NCBI GenBank assembly: GCA_951406725.2
Contig: OX597815.1
Location: 137,268,001 to 137,332,000 of the forward strand
DNA from: Octopus vulgaris
Taxonomy: Eukaryota
Length of the DNA: 64,000 nucleotides
Reading direction: 5' to 3'
Part shown: one piece after another, positions 1-15,054 of the stretch
Layout of the letters: every line of letters starts with the position of its first letter
How positions within the stretch are numbered: position 1 is the first letter of the stretch
Notes under the pieces: model-generated
Told to the model about the DNA's origin: nothing
The model's input: the letters and a program-made list of their open reading frames with translations, nothing else
The model's database searches: none
Translations under genes and position numbers: made by a program

Positions 1-239
1 CTGGAAAAATCAAAATCAAAATCAAACTTCTAAATATACAATGTTTTCAGTGTGTACTTTAATTAGTGTACAAAGAAAAAGAGTTTTGGGGCTGCCAACT
101 TGCGAACATCCTACATATAATTGCTCATGAGAAAAAGCAAGGAGAAGCAAGGTTAAGTCCAACAACGTTGAGAGATTATGGTTTGTTTATGGACATAGCA
201 AAACGTACTTTGACAGGGAACGTTATAAATTTAGTGACC

Positions 240-720
240 CATCCCCACCCCACCACACTAGAACCTTCCCCGAATAATAAAAAACCTTCGTCCCAAATTT
301 GGTACAGATTGATTCAGTGGTTTGACCGTGCAGAACAATAGGTCGTATGGCTAGGGGGAAATTGAAGATTCGATTTCGAATCTGAAGTGGGGCCAATATC
401 CAAGTAGAAATAGTCACATCAGATTTAAATATGAAATATCGAGTGTAGAACAATTATTTGAATAACTCATGTCGATATCTAATGGGAATATTGAACTGCA
501 AATTTATAAAGTTTATCTTATAAATTGAAAGATATCCTACCGTGTACAAGCGTGTGTCCGTATGAAGACCTTTCGTTATTTAGAAACCTTATGGTTTCTT
601 TTGTCTTTAAACCTCTATTAAAGAGCGTTTCAGAATCGTCTAGCTTTAAAGTAAAAAAAAAAACTGACGTAATTTCCAGACAGTCAAATTTGGTACAGAT
701 TGATCCAGACATACATACAT
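240..720 (+). mobile_element. Possible non-autonomous Helitron/DINE-1/Lep1-like remnant
   Basis: Motif caaatttggtacagattgat occurs twice (~294, ~685), the second running into (CATA)n. Resembles the core-plus-microsatellite layout of Lep1/DINE-1-type elements. Confidence 0.3.
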
Positions 721-795
721 ATATATTAAGGAAAATAGCTTCCACAGAACTTATATATATACATACATACATACATACATACATACATACATACA

Positions 796-831
<36 letters not shown>

Positions 832-1710
832 TATATATATTCCCGGGGTGACAACTTCAAAAAGAAGCTATGTATGTCCAGCCACTTAAAGAACTCAAAG
901 ATAAACTTGAGAATGAATAAAAGTTAAAAAAAAGAAAACGATAAGGGATTGTGTGTGTGTATGTGTATGCATGTGTGTGTGTATGTGTGTGTGTGTAGTG
1001 TGTGTGGGGGGGATATATACATACATCTTTTTCATCAACCAACATTTCTATCACAAAGCATTGGTCATCCATGGCAATTGCAATAGGAGAGGACTTTCGA
1101 AGCGAATTTTTCTAACTGTATACTCATGCCCACTCTCAACTCAAACTGAATTAACGTAACCTAAAAAAACAAATAGCTACTGTAGTATTGTTACTAAGGA
1201 TTTTAAGAAAGGCCTATACAAGAACGCATCGCCGGTGAACTACTGATAAAATATCACATATAAATTAGTGAGTGGAATTGTGGAACAAAAAACTATAATC
1301 TTAAAATTGAATTGTTTCCTATGATTTAAATATTTAGTAGACTATATTTCGTTGGTACCAAAAACAAGATACCGTGGTTTATCAGGAGACTGAGTAAATA
1401 AAAATTAAAGATGAAAACACTGACTTTTATAAATGTAAATACACTAAACAAGTAAATATTTAGTAATATATATGAAGGCTCAAAATAAAAGAAATACACA
1501 TGGCGTTCGCGCTGGTCGCTGATGTGGCGATTTTTCGTCTCACTCCGATATTTATTGTCTTCAACAAAGAATGTCTATAGGAGATGTTATCTCAGGATGC
1601 ATACCGCAGTAACTAGCCTGTTAATGCAGAGTGCTTTACATACCTATTTGTAGCTATGTAAAGGCTCAAATATTTATAGCTATTTATAGCTATGTAAAGG
1701 CTCAAATATT

Positions 1711-1870
1711 CTTTTCTACTCTAGGCAGAAGGCCCGAAATTTTGGGGAAGGGGGCCAGTCGATTAGATCGACTACAGTATGCAACTGGTACTTAATTTAT
1801 CGACTCCGAAGAGATGAAAAGCAAAGTCGACGCCCGGCGTGCTAACGTTTCTGCCAGCTCGCCGCCTTAA
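1711..1870 (-). mobile_element. SINE family A, internally deleted, with 16-bp TSD
   Basis: Reverse complement of the aaggcggcgagctggcagaaacgttagcacgccggg head. Flanked by taaaggctcaaatatt at 1695-1710 and 1871-1886. Confidence 0.85.
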
Positions 1871-2899
1871 TAAAGGCTCAAATATTACGATATCAATATA
1901 TATTTCTAAGGCAAATTTTTAAACGGTACTTTTTATAATGGCATGAAACAATAATGGATCAGATACCTAACAAATTATATAAACTACGAAATATTAGACA
2001 AAAGAAAAATAACAGCATAGTGTATAGATATATTTTAATTATAAATATATTAATAGAGTAAAATTGAAGAGAAAGACTGTTTAAATATAAAGCGGTTCAG
2101 AAAGATGTTATTGCATTTATAAGAACATATCAAACCACGACGAAAATATATACATTATAAATGAAAAGAAAAAATATAAGCTGTATAATTTTTACAATTA
2201 CAGTTGTTACCAATAGGAATTTTAAAAGCCTTCTAGAAAACATTAGAACTGTTACGATGCATATAATGTGATTCACAATTTAAAGAGAAATACACAAAAA
2301 AAAACATTCTGATGGAAATTGAAAAATATTTAAAAAATAAAACTTTTATCAAGTTACTTAAAGGAGGACGAAACTTACGTAACCTGATAGACTAAAATTA
2401 ACTTTATTACGTATAAAGAAACATTTTGCAAAGGATTAAATGAGTGCTTAGAAAGATATTTTTCTGATAAAACTATGTTATTGTTAACTTTATACAGTAA
2501 ATATCTCAAATTTAGAGATTAAGTACCGACACAAAAATTGAACTCAAAAAAGAAAATTGCGATTATAATCTTTATTTTTTTAATCTTCAATAAAGTATAT
2601 TCGTGTCTGTCCTTATAATATTGTTTTATATGTTTGGTATTTATAAATTTATACATTCTTTGAAATACAAAATGAAAGTCAAGATAGAACATATCGCACT
2701 AAGCTTTTACTTGATCTAAGTGTAAAAAAGATTATGGTAAAAGTGTAATATACGAGATATTTATTTGGAAAAAATACACCAGAAAGACAAGGTGCAAAAT
2801 AATTATGGGAAATAACTGATAAGTTTGAGTAAAACGAGGCATCCAATTTCATAAAATGCTATGAACACACATACAAACTCACACGAACACACATCACAT

Positions 2900-2959
2900 A
2901 CGCACATAATTCATACATATGTATATATACATATATGCATATAAATGTATGTATTTATG

Positions 2960-3021
<62 letters not shown>

Positions 3022-3099
3022 CATACATACATACATACATACATAAATACATACATACATACATACATATGTACGTACGTACATACATACATACATACA

Positions 3100-3133
<34 letters not shown>

Positions 3134-3515
3134 CATACATACATACATATGTACGTACGTACGTACATACATAATGTGTGTGTGTGTTTGTTTGTTTCCA
3201 CGTAAAGTAATAGGCAGCAACAGTCATTAATTGTGAATCACTCAAGACACTTACGCAAGGTATCATACACACACGCACGCACACACACACGCACGCACAC
3301 ACACACGCACGCACACACACACGCACATATATATATATTGTGTGTGTATTGTGTGTGTATATATATATATAAATACATACATATATAACATAACATACAA
3401 ATATACATACATGCATACATATATAGACACATACATACATACATACATACATACATACATACATACATACATACATACATACATACATACATACATACAT
3501 ACATACATACATACA
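2900..3515. repeat. Compound microsatellite (TA)n/(TACA)n/(CA)n
   Basis: Read directly. Source of spurious ORFs. Confidence 0.97.
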
Positions 3516-5245
3516 AACCAGAAGGCAATCGATATGTATTTTCAAAAGGACTATGGGAGGTCAGACTGATGTACCACATTGGCTTGCTACAAGAAGAACA
3601 AATCTCGTTGCCAAAAATGAAGGCAGGAAACTACAGGTCCATTGCTTGCCTAAACATTATGTACAAACTGTGCATAAGTTGCCTCAACTAATTCCTCCAG
3701 GACCATTGTGAGTCGAATAACATTGTGACTGATGAACAGGCTGGCGGAAAAAAGGGAGTGTGAGAATGTGCCGAACAACTTTTAATAAACAAAGCAGTAT
3801 TGTCTGGAGTAAGAAAGCAACGCAGAATCCTTGTGACACTATGGCTTGACTATAAGAAGGCATTCGACTCTATCCCTCATTCACGGCTGTTAAAATACCT
3901 ACATCTGGAAAAGGTGCCCACTACCTTAATTGCTGCTATAGAGAGACTCACTAGGACATGGACAGCTACAATTGAGAACAGAATAATTGTTTCTAATAGT
4001 ATGGTCATTACAATGAGAATATTTCACGGAGATAGTGTTTTTGTACTTCTTTTCATTTTGGCACAGAATCCATTATCGTTCCTTCTGCAGAAAACAAATG
4101 GTTACTTGCTAGGATCTTCAACTGCCAGAAATATCGATGTAACTCATGATTTCTTTGTAGACGATCTCAAGATTTATGCTAAAAGTGTTAGCAATGTCAA
4201 AAAACAACTGGAATTAATAACAATATTTTCAGCTGATATAGCCATGGAATTTGGCCAAAAGAAATGTTCATATTTGGTTATAGAACGAGGAAAGTCAGTA
4301 CCCCAAACCCCAAACCTGTGCATCAACGGTCTCTCTATCTCCCCCATTCCACACAAAGAATGTTACAAGTTCCTAGGCATAGACGAAAATGTATCATATG
4401 AAGACACTATAAATAAAGACAGAGTTACCCGAGAATATTACACGAGACTTAGGAAAATATGGCAGTGGGAACTCTCATCTCACAACAAAACAATATCCAA
4501 CAATGCATTTCCAGTACCAGTGCTGATCCCAACATTTGGGATACTTGATTGGTCTATAGAGGAAATCCACACTATAGATATCCAAACCCGAAAAGTCCTG
4601 ACAACTGGGAACTTCCGCAGAAATAGTAGTGTTGACAGCCTCTACCTAAGAAGAAATGAAGGTGGTAGAGGCCTGAGATCAGTGCAGACGTCCTTCGGAT
4701 ATCGTATGGCATATCTCAGGCATCATCTGCTAAACAACAGCAGCAAAGATAAATATATTTATGAAGTCCTGAAAAGTGAAGTGAGCAACATTGTACGAGT
4801 TGGCAGTGAACTCTTCAAGAAGCACTCTCAAACTGATGACCTCCTATAACATCCCAAAACAGCTGGGCTCTCTTACCTCAGAGAAGACTTGGATGGAAAC
4901 CACTCAGCATACAAAAAAAAAAAGAAGAGACCATACATGGTTATGTTGCCCGGAAGCTTGAAGAAGACAGTAGAATTGACACGAATCGCAGCCTCTCTTG
5001 GACACAAGACCACTACATCACACCACACTTTGAAGGCTATGCGGCTGCAATCCAGGAACGGGAGAATGCAACAAAGTAACTGGTGAACAAGAGAGACAGT
5101 GACGCTCTTGAAATGCCAAGGTGCAACCGCATGTGTAGGCTATGCCACGTTTCTGTGGAAGACATTACCCATGTGATTAGCGGCTGTCCAAAAATGTCGT
5201 CACGGTACTACCTCCCTATGCGGCACGACGTTATCGCTAAAATAA
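3516..5245 (+). mobile_element. Dong/R4-clade non-LTR retrotransposon, 5'-truncated, frameshifted (RT plus zinc knuckle)
   Basis: ORF 3800-4849 has WLDYKKAFDSIPH, IFHGDS..LFILAQNPLS, FFVDDLKIY and YKFLGI. ORF 5083-5304 has CRLC..EDITHVISGC..YLPMRHD (CCHC plus RHD of REL elements). Starts directly after (TACA)n. Confidence 0.9.
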
Positions 5246-5249
5246 TTCG

Positions 5250-5570
5250 CACGTGGTTTTACGTTCACTCTCACTGTGCGGTCAAGTGTCTTCTACAGCT
5301 CTGAGCCCAGCAATTCCATGTGGAGGATTTTTAAGAGGAGAAAACTGTGTGGAAACTTATCATACATATGTACGTCTACGCGAGCCTTTCTTTGTACCTG
5401 TGTTAATCCCCACCACCATTTGACAGCAGGTGTTGGTTTGTTCATGCCTCCTTAACTTAGCGGTTCAGCAAAAGGGACTATGTAAATACAGGGGTCGATT
5501 TGTTCGACTAAACCTATCGAGGCGGTACTCCAGCAAAGCGGCATTACAATGACTGAAACATAAAAAATAA
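5250..5570 (+). mobile_element. SINE family B, diverged, truncating the Dong/R4 copy
   Basis: caagtgtcttcta...taacttagcggttcagcaaaag...ggggtcgatttgttcgactaa...ggcggtactccagc matches 16653-17057. Confidence 0.75.
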
Positions 5571-6405
5571 TGAACAGATTGCAAAGTTAGTACACGGATT
5601 AACGGACCTGACAAAATGGTGAAGAGTAAGAGACGACCGACATTAGGGAGTCGCCCTTTCCATGACTCATTCAGCAGGAAAAGAGTAGAGCACATAACTC
5701 TGTTCAGGACCACATAGAATAGTGGAGAAAAGTGAGGGGATGAACCGCGTATCAATTTAGTTCTGATAAAAATAATGCACCACGATATCAAGCTATCTTC
5801 AAGCCAGAGACCTGGAAATAATTGCTTGGACTCTTAGAGACAATCAACGGCTTGCGGCGGTATTAGACCGAGCGACGAGTTATGTCAACTGCGAATAAAG
5901 GAAATATCTTAAAAGCGGAAAAGAATACATCAGAATGAAACGGGGAGAAAAAGATAAAAATGTATTAATTAGTAGAGTGAAAAATGAAGGAAAGAAAAGA
6001 AAAAGAAGAAATGAAATGTTAAATCGAGACAAACACGGAGAGGATGAATGAATGAATGAAAAATGTCAATGAAAAAGAACGAAAAGAACAAATAAATAAA
6101 TGGAAAAAGTATAAGGAAAATAAGAAAGACAAGGAAAGAAACATTACAGACAACCACAAAGGCGTACAAGCATATACATATGCAAGTGTGTATGTGTGTG
6201 TGTGTGTATGAGTGTGTGTTTGTGTGTGCATGTCTCCATGTATTTATTAATATAGTCTAAATATATGGAAAAACTAAAGACGAAGACATGTGTTTGAACA
6301 ACAAGCGTGTTAGTTTGACGCTCTGTGGAAAACTGAAAAGGTCTATTACATTTCGAGCCTACGCTCTTCAGCATATTTATATAAGTAAGTATATATAAGT
6401 AAAGT

Positions 6406-6603
6406 AAGGCGACGAACTAGCAGAATTTCTCACCGGAAAAATTACTTTGCGGCATTTCTCCCGACTTTACGTTCTGAGTTCAAATTCCGCCGTGGTCGAC
6501 ATTGCCTTACAACCTTTCGGGGTCGATAAAATAAGTACTAATCGAAAACTGGGGTCTGTGTAAATCGACAGAAATTTTTGACCTTGTGAAAAATTTGAAA
6601 CCA
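6406..6603 (+). mobile_element. SINE family A
   Basis: aaggcgacgaactagcaga head, B-box-like gagttcaaattcc, core cctttcggggtcgataaaataagtac. Confidence 0.85.
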
Positions 6604-6995
6604 GTATGTATGTAGTAAAGTAACCAGCAGAACCATCTAGAAACAATGTCAAGAAGAATGGTCCGGTATATGGTCTGTCGACATTTAAATATGTATAATT
6701 AGATTTTAATAGAACATACAGAGCCTAAATAATTGATTGTAAATATGAGTGTCTCTGAGAGAGCTATGACTGAGGAATGAGTGTAGAAATATCTTAAGTT
6801 ATGATAGGGTTGTGAGTAAGTGATATGAATGAGCGTGTACAGGTGAATAAGTACGGACGAATTTATTAATGGATATAAGTGAGTGAATATGAGTGCGTAT
6901 GAATAAGTGAAAGTTTGAGAAAGCGTGAGAGGGAAAGAATGGCGATAAGTGAAAGAATGAAAGGCAGTGAGCTGGCAAAACCGTTAGCACGCTGG

Positions 6996-7095
6996 NNNNN
7001 NNNNNNNNNNNNNNNNNNNNNNNNNNNNNNNNNNNNNNNNNNNNNNNNNNNNNNNNNNNNNNNNNNNNNNNNNNNNNNNNNNNNNNNNNNNNNNN
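6996..7095. other. Assembly gap (100 N)
   Basis: Run of N that begins inside a SINE A head (6961-6995). Confidence 1.
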
Positions 7096-7687
7096 TCACC
7101 CTTGTCGTTCTCATCGTCATATTCTGTAATATTACTGGCATCAACGGCAATGCTACTAACGCAATACTCCATTGATTAACAGAACTACCAATTACCATCA
7201 TTACCAACACCACCGTCACCATCGTCATCACTATCATCATCAACAGTAGCACCATCACTACTAAATCCAACATCATCATCGTCACCACCACCAACACCTC
7301 ATCATAACCATCATCATCATCATCATCATCATTTCGAATATCACCATCAACGTAACGATTGTCACATATCACCGACACAACATCATCATCATCGTCGTCA
7401 TCACCCAAACATTACCATCGTTGATATCATATCCACACTATTTTTTTTCCTTCATGATAATATGTATTTGACAGGTTTACAATATTTCTGCAGTCTTCAG
7501 TTATCTCATCTGAAAAATTACAGGATATCTGGGAGTTTTTTTTTCGTTTTTTTTTTCGTTTGGTTTTGTTGTTTTGTTTTGTTCTGATTTTGTTCATTTT
7601 TGATATTTGAATTTTTCGCTTTTCTTTGATTTGTTACTTTTTTGGTTAAACAAGACAATTTTCATTAGAAAGACAAAAGATAGTTTA

Positions 7688-7720
<33 letters not shown>

Positions 7721-7873
7721 TGTATGTATGTATGTATGTATGTATGTATGCATATACACATGCATGCTTATGTGGATGTACGTATGTACATATTTCACGT
7801 ATATATGAGACTTGATAGATATATAAATAGATAAATAGATTGATAGATAGATATAGATATACACAAATATATG

Positions 7874-7968
<95 letters not shown>

Positions 7969-9325
7969 GTATGTATATGTATATGTACTTACATGCTTGT
8001 TTACATTTATTTAAACACGTATACACAAATATATATGTATGTGTGACTGTGTGTGTATGTGTGTTTATATCAATGTGTGTGTTTTGCGAAACCAGAAACA
8101 TAAAAACCAAATTTCTGTACTAACAACCCCAAGACCTGAAGCTGACACACCGACAGAGGCACACCGGCTTATAAAGTTTTACATGCTTGACCGAACAAGA
8201 ACACAACTCTAACGTTCAACAATAAAATCTTCTTTAAAATCTTTCCATCAGAACTCACCCTACAACGACATTGTCACAAGTCTTCTTCTAAAAGTATAAT
8301 AAATATATACTGTACAAAAAGTATTCAGTAATTTTTCACATTATTGTTTTTATTATAACTTGATATAAAACCCACATTAATATTTGTGCACGCGTATGTG
8401 TGTGTGCCTGCGCTCGAGTACTGCCGTAATACTGGGTTTTAACTGCTATCGAAAATAATAGACTTTACTTTCATCCTCTATGTCCACTACGCTACCCTGT
8501 ATGTATGATGTATGTTTTATAGTTAATGAAGACCCAGAGACTATGCTGGCTCTAATGTTTTCCATTTACTTTATATTTCTGAATGTTACTTCGAGTCCAT
8601 TGAACTGCTTTGCAATTCCTGTTTCACCTCTTCCATTTCAAAGTTTATTTATTATATATATATATTGATTTCCAGAAATGTTGACTGTGTTGATTTTGAT
8701 GCTATCATTTAATCTTGAAACTATTTAACAATATTCTTCTCTTCTTTTTTTTCTTTAATTTACAAGTTAAATTTTAATTTAGAGTTTGGCCTTCCTCAGT
8801 TTCGAAGAGGCGAAATGAGAATATAATGAAAAGAAAATGAAAAACCAAAATATGAACGACGAAACGGTATTTTTGTACATTAATGGACTAAAGAAAAATC
8901 GACCAAGACCAAAACCGGACTAAAAGGAATTCGTGCAAAAGGAATATGTGTAAACCGAGGTAAAATTGAATATTGTGATGTGGCCAATTAGCAGACTCGC
9001 CAGGCTGTCGAATACATTGCTTTGCGGTAATGGTTCGGGCTCTGTGTGCCGGCTCTGAGTTCAAATCAAGCCCTGGTCAAATATGTCAATCACTGTATCG
9101 CGATATTTAAATAAAATTACTTGTCCTGTTCTAGAGGTCACTTCCCCTCTCCCTCTTTTCTTATTCTCGGGAACAAATTGTCTGTAATCAAACATGTTGG
9201 GAGACGATCTCCCTTAGATCTCAAAATGTTGAAGACGTTGACTATATTACGATTCCATCAAGAAATTGAGGACCCAAGGTAAGACAAGGCGAATATATAT
9301 ACATACATCATAGATACATACATTC

Positions 9326-9366
<41 letters not shown>

Positions 9367-9379
9367 TATATATAAATAA

Positions 9380-9423
<44 letters not shown>

Positions 9424-9610
9424 ACGCAATTACAAATATATGCATGTATACATGTAAATACACACATACACATGCAGGTGTACATCAGGCATTTATGTGT
9501 GTATATGTGTGTGATAAGAGAAAAGAATATGGGCATAAACTGGTACTCCTTTATTCTGGTTGTTTCATGTTTCATTATTCGGCAGCACATGAAGTGACAC
9601 TATGGATGCA

Positions 9611-9828
9611 GCCAATATATGCAGTTTATAGAGCCAGTATGGGGTTTTTGCTTTGTTTTGTTTTGTTCCTTTTATAGACATCTGAGAGATTCGTTTTTTT
9701 ATAATGTTTTTCGAACAAGTTCATTTTATATAATAAGCAAGACTCAATGTCTGATTGTCCGAGCAGTAACCTTGCAGTTTTCGTTTTTAATTTGCCCCAT
9801 TATGGCTCTATAAACTGCATATATTGGC
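9611..9828. mobile_element. MITE-like element with 34-bp inverted termini
   Basis: gccaatatatgcagtttatagagccagtatgggg (9611-9644) versus ccccattatggctctataaactgcatatattggc (9795-9828), 2 mismatches. Confidence 0.6.
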
Positions 9829-9999
9829 GCGTAGAGATCATCCAATCATACCTTCCCCTATCTCTCTCTATATACATAGAGACGAAGAGACAGAGAGACG
9901 AATAAATAGATATCGTTATACAAATATATATATGCACAAAATGCGCAGACATGCATACACACACACACTGCATATGTGAGTATGCGTGCATGTTTGTGC

Positions 10000-10037
<38 letters not shown>

Positions 10038-10039
<2 letters not shown>

Positions 10040-11110
10040 CACCAGCGGTGTTCCCCAGGGAACTGTTTTGGGTCCGCTACTCTTCATAATTTATGTAAAC
10101 GATCTTTCCAGTGTCGTACATCACTGCAAAGTGAAAATATTCGCTGATGACACTAAGCTCCAGCAAATCGTCAATGAAGAAGCAGACCGAACTCAACTCC
10201 AGTCTGACCTATATGCTGTGAGTCAATGGGCAGACAGAAACAAAATGCAACTGAATGAGGGAAAATTTGAGCTGATGCATTTTGGAAGAAATTCCTCACT
10301 AAAACAACCATACTCTCTTCCTTCAGGGGAACCGCTCACAGCCTCTAACAATATCAGAGACCTGGGTGTAATTGTTGATGACGATCTCAGTTGGAGCGCA
10401 CACATCAACAAGAAGGTCGATACAGCTCGTAGGATGAGTTCCTGGATCTTAAGAACTTTCCGGTCCAGAGAACAAGGTGTCATCATACCACTTTTTTCAT
10501 CCTTTGTACGGCCACACCTTGAATACTGCTGCCCACTGTGGTCTCCTCACACAAGACAAAACATCTCCAGAATTGAGTCACCCCAGAGGGCTCTCACTAA
10601 ACAAATTGAAGGCATGGCTGCTCTCGACTATTGGGATCGCCTTAAAGCCTTGAAACTTTACTCCCTCCAGCGTCGCCGTGAGCGGTACATCATTTGTACG
10701 ATGTGGAAAATATACCGCCAACTTTGCCCAAACGACCTAAACATTAGCTTCAAGGTTCATCCGAGACTTGGACCACGGGCTATACGTCCCCTGCCAAATT
10801 CAAGATCACAACATACATGTACACTGCAACATAATTTCTTTTCCTCAACAGGCCCTGCCCTATTTAACATTGTCCCGAGTGGAGATCAAAGAGGAAAAGG
10901 ATCCCATCAACTTCAAACAGAGTCTGGATAGATTCCTTCAAAGAATACCAGACAAGCCACCCATAATTGGATACAACTCACCCAACAAGAACTCACTACT
11001 TGAACAAAACTTGACTTAAACAGGATTCGAATAATCCTATCAGGTGGTGCTATTAAGTTAGACATGGCCTGGACCAATCTCTTGTCGAAACATATCTAAG
11101 TTTTATCTAA

Positions 11111-11116
<6 letters not shown>
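10038..11116 (+). mobile_element. CR1-group LINE, 5'-truncated young copy (RT C-terminal half plus 3' UTR)
   Basis: SGVPQGTVLGPLLFIIYVNDL, IFADDTKL, RDLGVIVD, VRPHLEYCCPLWSPH, LYSLQRRRERY. One frameshift near 10880, stop at 11019. Tandem tail (tatctaagttt)x2, with (TA)n on both sides. Confidence 0.92.
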
Positions 11117-11172
<56 letters not shown>

Positions 11173-11362
11173 CAAAATGGGACAAGAGCGCAAAACATCT
11201 GGACAACTAGATGATACAAAAAGCGTGGGACAACAAAACATCCAGATAGACGACCTACCTAGAAAAGCAAAGGACGTTCTTGTTAGGATGTTCAGACATG
11301 CATGCACACACACACAGCATATGTGAGTATGCGTGCATGTTTGTGCATATATATATATATAT

Positions 11363-11470
11363 ATCCTATCAACACATCCCACCGATGCAATGTTGAGACA
11401 GGTCACAGAAGCTGTTTGTATACAAGAATACAAATCTACTCTCAACCGAAAGTCCGGAATGGAGTAACAT
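11363..11470 (+). mobile_element. Penelope-like element GIY-YIG C-terminal fragment
   Basis: Manual translation from 11363 gives ILSTHPTDAMLRQVTEAVCIQEYKSTLNRKS(fs)EW, matching the RQxxEAxxI...LNxKxEW end of PLE endonucleases. Confidence 0.6.
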
Positions 11471-12049
11471 CCAGATCCCATTCAGAAGGACTATTCTATA
11501 ACCACCCCTCTCTCTCTCTCTCCGTTTACTTGTAGTCCTTATACATACATGTTGCAATGCGTATGTGCAGTTATATATAACCGTATGAGCGTACGTTGTT
11601 TGATACGTACAGTTGCACTTAGGCGTTGTATCCATTCACAGTTAGACGGTGATGAGCGGAACAAACACACACCCACACATATATATATATATATGTGTGT
11701 GCGTCTATACAAACATATATGTGAATATGTATACAACCTTCAACAAAGTAACAGTCATGTACACAACTTGGACGGACACATGCCAGTACACGGACATACG
11801 TTCACATACACATACACATGTACACACTCTCACAGACACGTCTGCCCATTCTCCTAGACACTCACATACATACGTAGCACATGAGTACAAACATACATAC
11901 ATACCTACGTATGGGCATACACACGTACATACGCACGTACATGTACGCACACACACATATGGGCACATGCATATACGTGCGCGTATACATACATACGCAC
12001 ATGCGTACATATGTACATACACACATACATACATACATACATACATACA

Positions 12050-12080
<31 letters not shown>

Positions 12081-12749
12081 TTTTATACATACGCACATAC
12101 ATACATACATACATACATACATACATACGCACAATAGTAAAACAAAAAGTTCTGTGATATAGAGATAAATATCTGATAATAGGTTTTAGGGTATAGTTTT
12201 GGGAGTAGGGGTCGTGAATCACTTCCAGGCTTCGGCGGGGGGAAGTTGAAATTTGATATTGTTGTGATGAGTGGTCACTCTACATCTGTCCATCGCTACA
12301 GGTTTGTAGCTTTATGTTTATAGTGTGTATGTGCGTGCATATACACACACATACATACATACATACATACATACATACATACATACATACATACATACAT
12401 ACATACATACATACATGCATACACAGGCGTATGTACGTACATGCATACATACATACACACATATATGCATACATACACACATACATACGTACATATATAT
12501 GACGAACTAACTGTTACTTTTTCAGATGCAGCACGGATTTTTGTCAGTGAACAGGTCGCGGATTTTAGCGACGAAAATATTTTGACAAATTAAACGGTGT
12601 TTTTGTGTGTTTCAAATGTTGAAGTGAATCGAACGGCTTTTGTGTGTTTCTTAAATGGCTTATAAACACCCTTCCACGCTGCAATTGTTTTCGTTTCAGC
12701 ACACACCATCTCAGATCAAATTACTTGCTATGCGAGTGGCACATCTCCC

Positions 12750-13230
<481 letters not shown>

Positions 13231-15054
13231 CACACATACACCTGCACACACACACTGACACACATGTGAAGTAAAACATGTGGGATTATATTTTCACTTG
13301 CTATACACTTATTTTGATATATTTTCAAATAAATACGATTTCCATCTCCATTAAATATTTAACTATTTCTGTTAATTTTATTTTTATAATTTTATCCTTT
13401 ATAAATTTCTATCTATTTTTTTTTATTTAGCACTTCCAGTGCAACAATTGGCGATATCACTATATTACTATCTATACTGCCTCCTTTATCTAACATTAGC
13501 CTATTTACTTTTCTGTGATGTATATATTATCGAGATAATTTTATTGCTGAAATTACAACTCTTAATTCAGAATATATTATCCCTTCATCATATCAACGGT
13601 AACTTTACGGTGTTTCCAATGCAGCTATTTTGGAAATGTATCACATATTTCTTTTGCGCGAATTCTCCACATTTTCTTAAAAAAAATTTTCTTCAAATTT
13701 GAAACTTACTCTAACTTGATACTTTGGTCCTTACTTTTTGTTTGGTATTGCTTTGTTTTGTTTTGTTCCGTTTATAGACAGCATAATAATGCATGCGAGA
13801 GATTTGTTTTTCTTTGTTTTGTAATGGTTTTTGAACAAGTTCATTTTGTATAATAAGCAAGACTCAACGTCTGATTGTCCAAGCAGTGACGTTGCAGTTT
13901 TTGTTTTTAATGCGCTAAGTGTAACGGATTGGCAAAACCGTTGGAGTATCGTACCAAATGCCTTGCAACGTTCCTTCTCGCTCTTTACGTTCTGAGCTGA
14001 GTTCAAATCACACTCCGATGAATTTTGCCTTCCATGATTCTCTTAATTCTCTATCACAAATTTCAAGTATTGTGCCTATATTAGAAGCAATTATTTTTAA
14101 TACACCAACAGTTTATAATATATCACCTAAGCAAATATTAACCCGGAGAAGTCGGTAGGTCTTGAATTTGGTGACTAGAGAGGCGGATCCATATTCAAAA
14201 GCAGTATAGGCGCTAGACGGATGGACAGGTTAAATTGTTCGAGGTTTTGTTTGGTCCAGATCTCCAGTTCGTCAAGAATTGGGAGGCGATAACGAGCTGG
14301 AAATTGAAGCTAATACAGAAAGGCTGAGAGTAAGCAATGCACGCGTAAGGTTGAGAGTAGGTGATGCTCGCTCCCGCCAGATATTACTGCCCAACCGACG
14401 TGCCTTGCCCCTTTTCATGGCTAGATAGATTTTAGTGCATGGCATTATTATAGAATATTAGTAGTAGATAAAATCAACGATGATCTCGGGGAGAATCTAG
14501 ACATCGCTGAAAATCACCAGAGTAAACCATTCCGGAGAACTTTTGGTATCTGGGACCCAGGGGTAATTTTCAGGAAATCCTTGACCAGGCAATGCTACTG
14601 GGTATTGAGGGTGGGGAATCTGCAGTTCGGGATAAATTCTACAGACACTGCAGAACCATCATCTGCACCTTCCGGGCTGCACGTAGAGCGACGAAACCGT
14701 TCTGCACGCGTTCGTACAATGGTAGAGAATTGCTGAATGCTGTAGTTAAAATATGTGGGACAGTCCCAACGATTGACTGATTCCATTGTGAGATCGCCAC
14801 ACCTCCTTCTCCTGATTCGAAAGGGAGGTAGTTTTCCTCTATCTGATGAATTTTACGAAGGAGGTTTTGTATGGTGGTCAAAACTAAATTGACTAGAGAC
14901 AAAGACTTACTTTTCGGCTTAGCCATTACCATGTTCCACTTGGAAAGGAAAGCGAAGGTGGAGAGGAAAATGCTTCTCCTCCGTAAATTTGTAAGAAACT
15001 GGATGAAGCGGGAGAGTGGCGAAAATGAACGGACCTTCTATAGATATGCGCCCA

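Noticed and set aside
1335-1392. Minus-strand CTGATAA...GAAATataGTC hammerhead-like motif
   Set aside because: G8A change without compensation and helix I does not close. At most a relic.
1900-2860. Possible decayed Penelope RT (LLDLSV-like motif near 2705)
   Set aside because: Too AT-rich and degenerate to support.
5580-5900. L1/Tx1 RT-like SPLFYVV peptide on the minus strand
   Set aside because: Neighbouring motifs are not in the expected order.
8800-8875. CGAAGAG...CGAAACGGTA hammerhead-like boxes
   Set aside because: Helices could not be formed.
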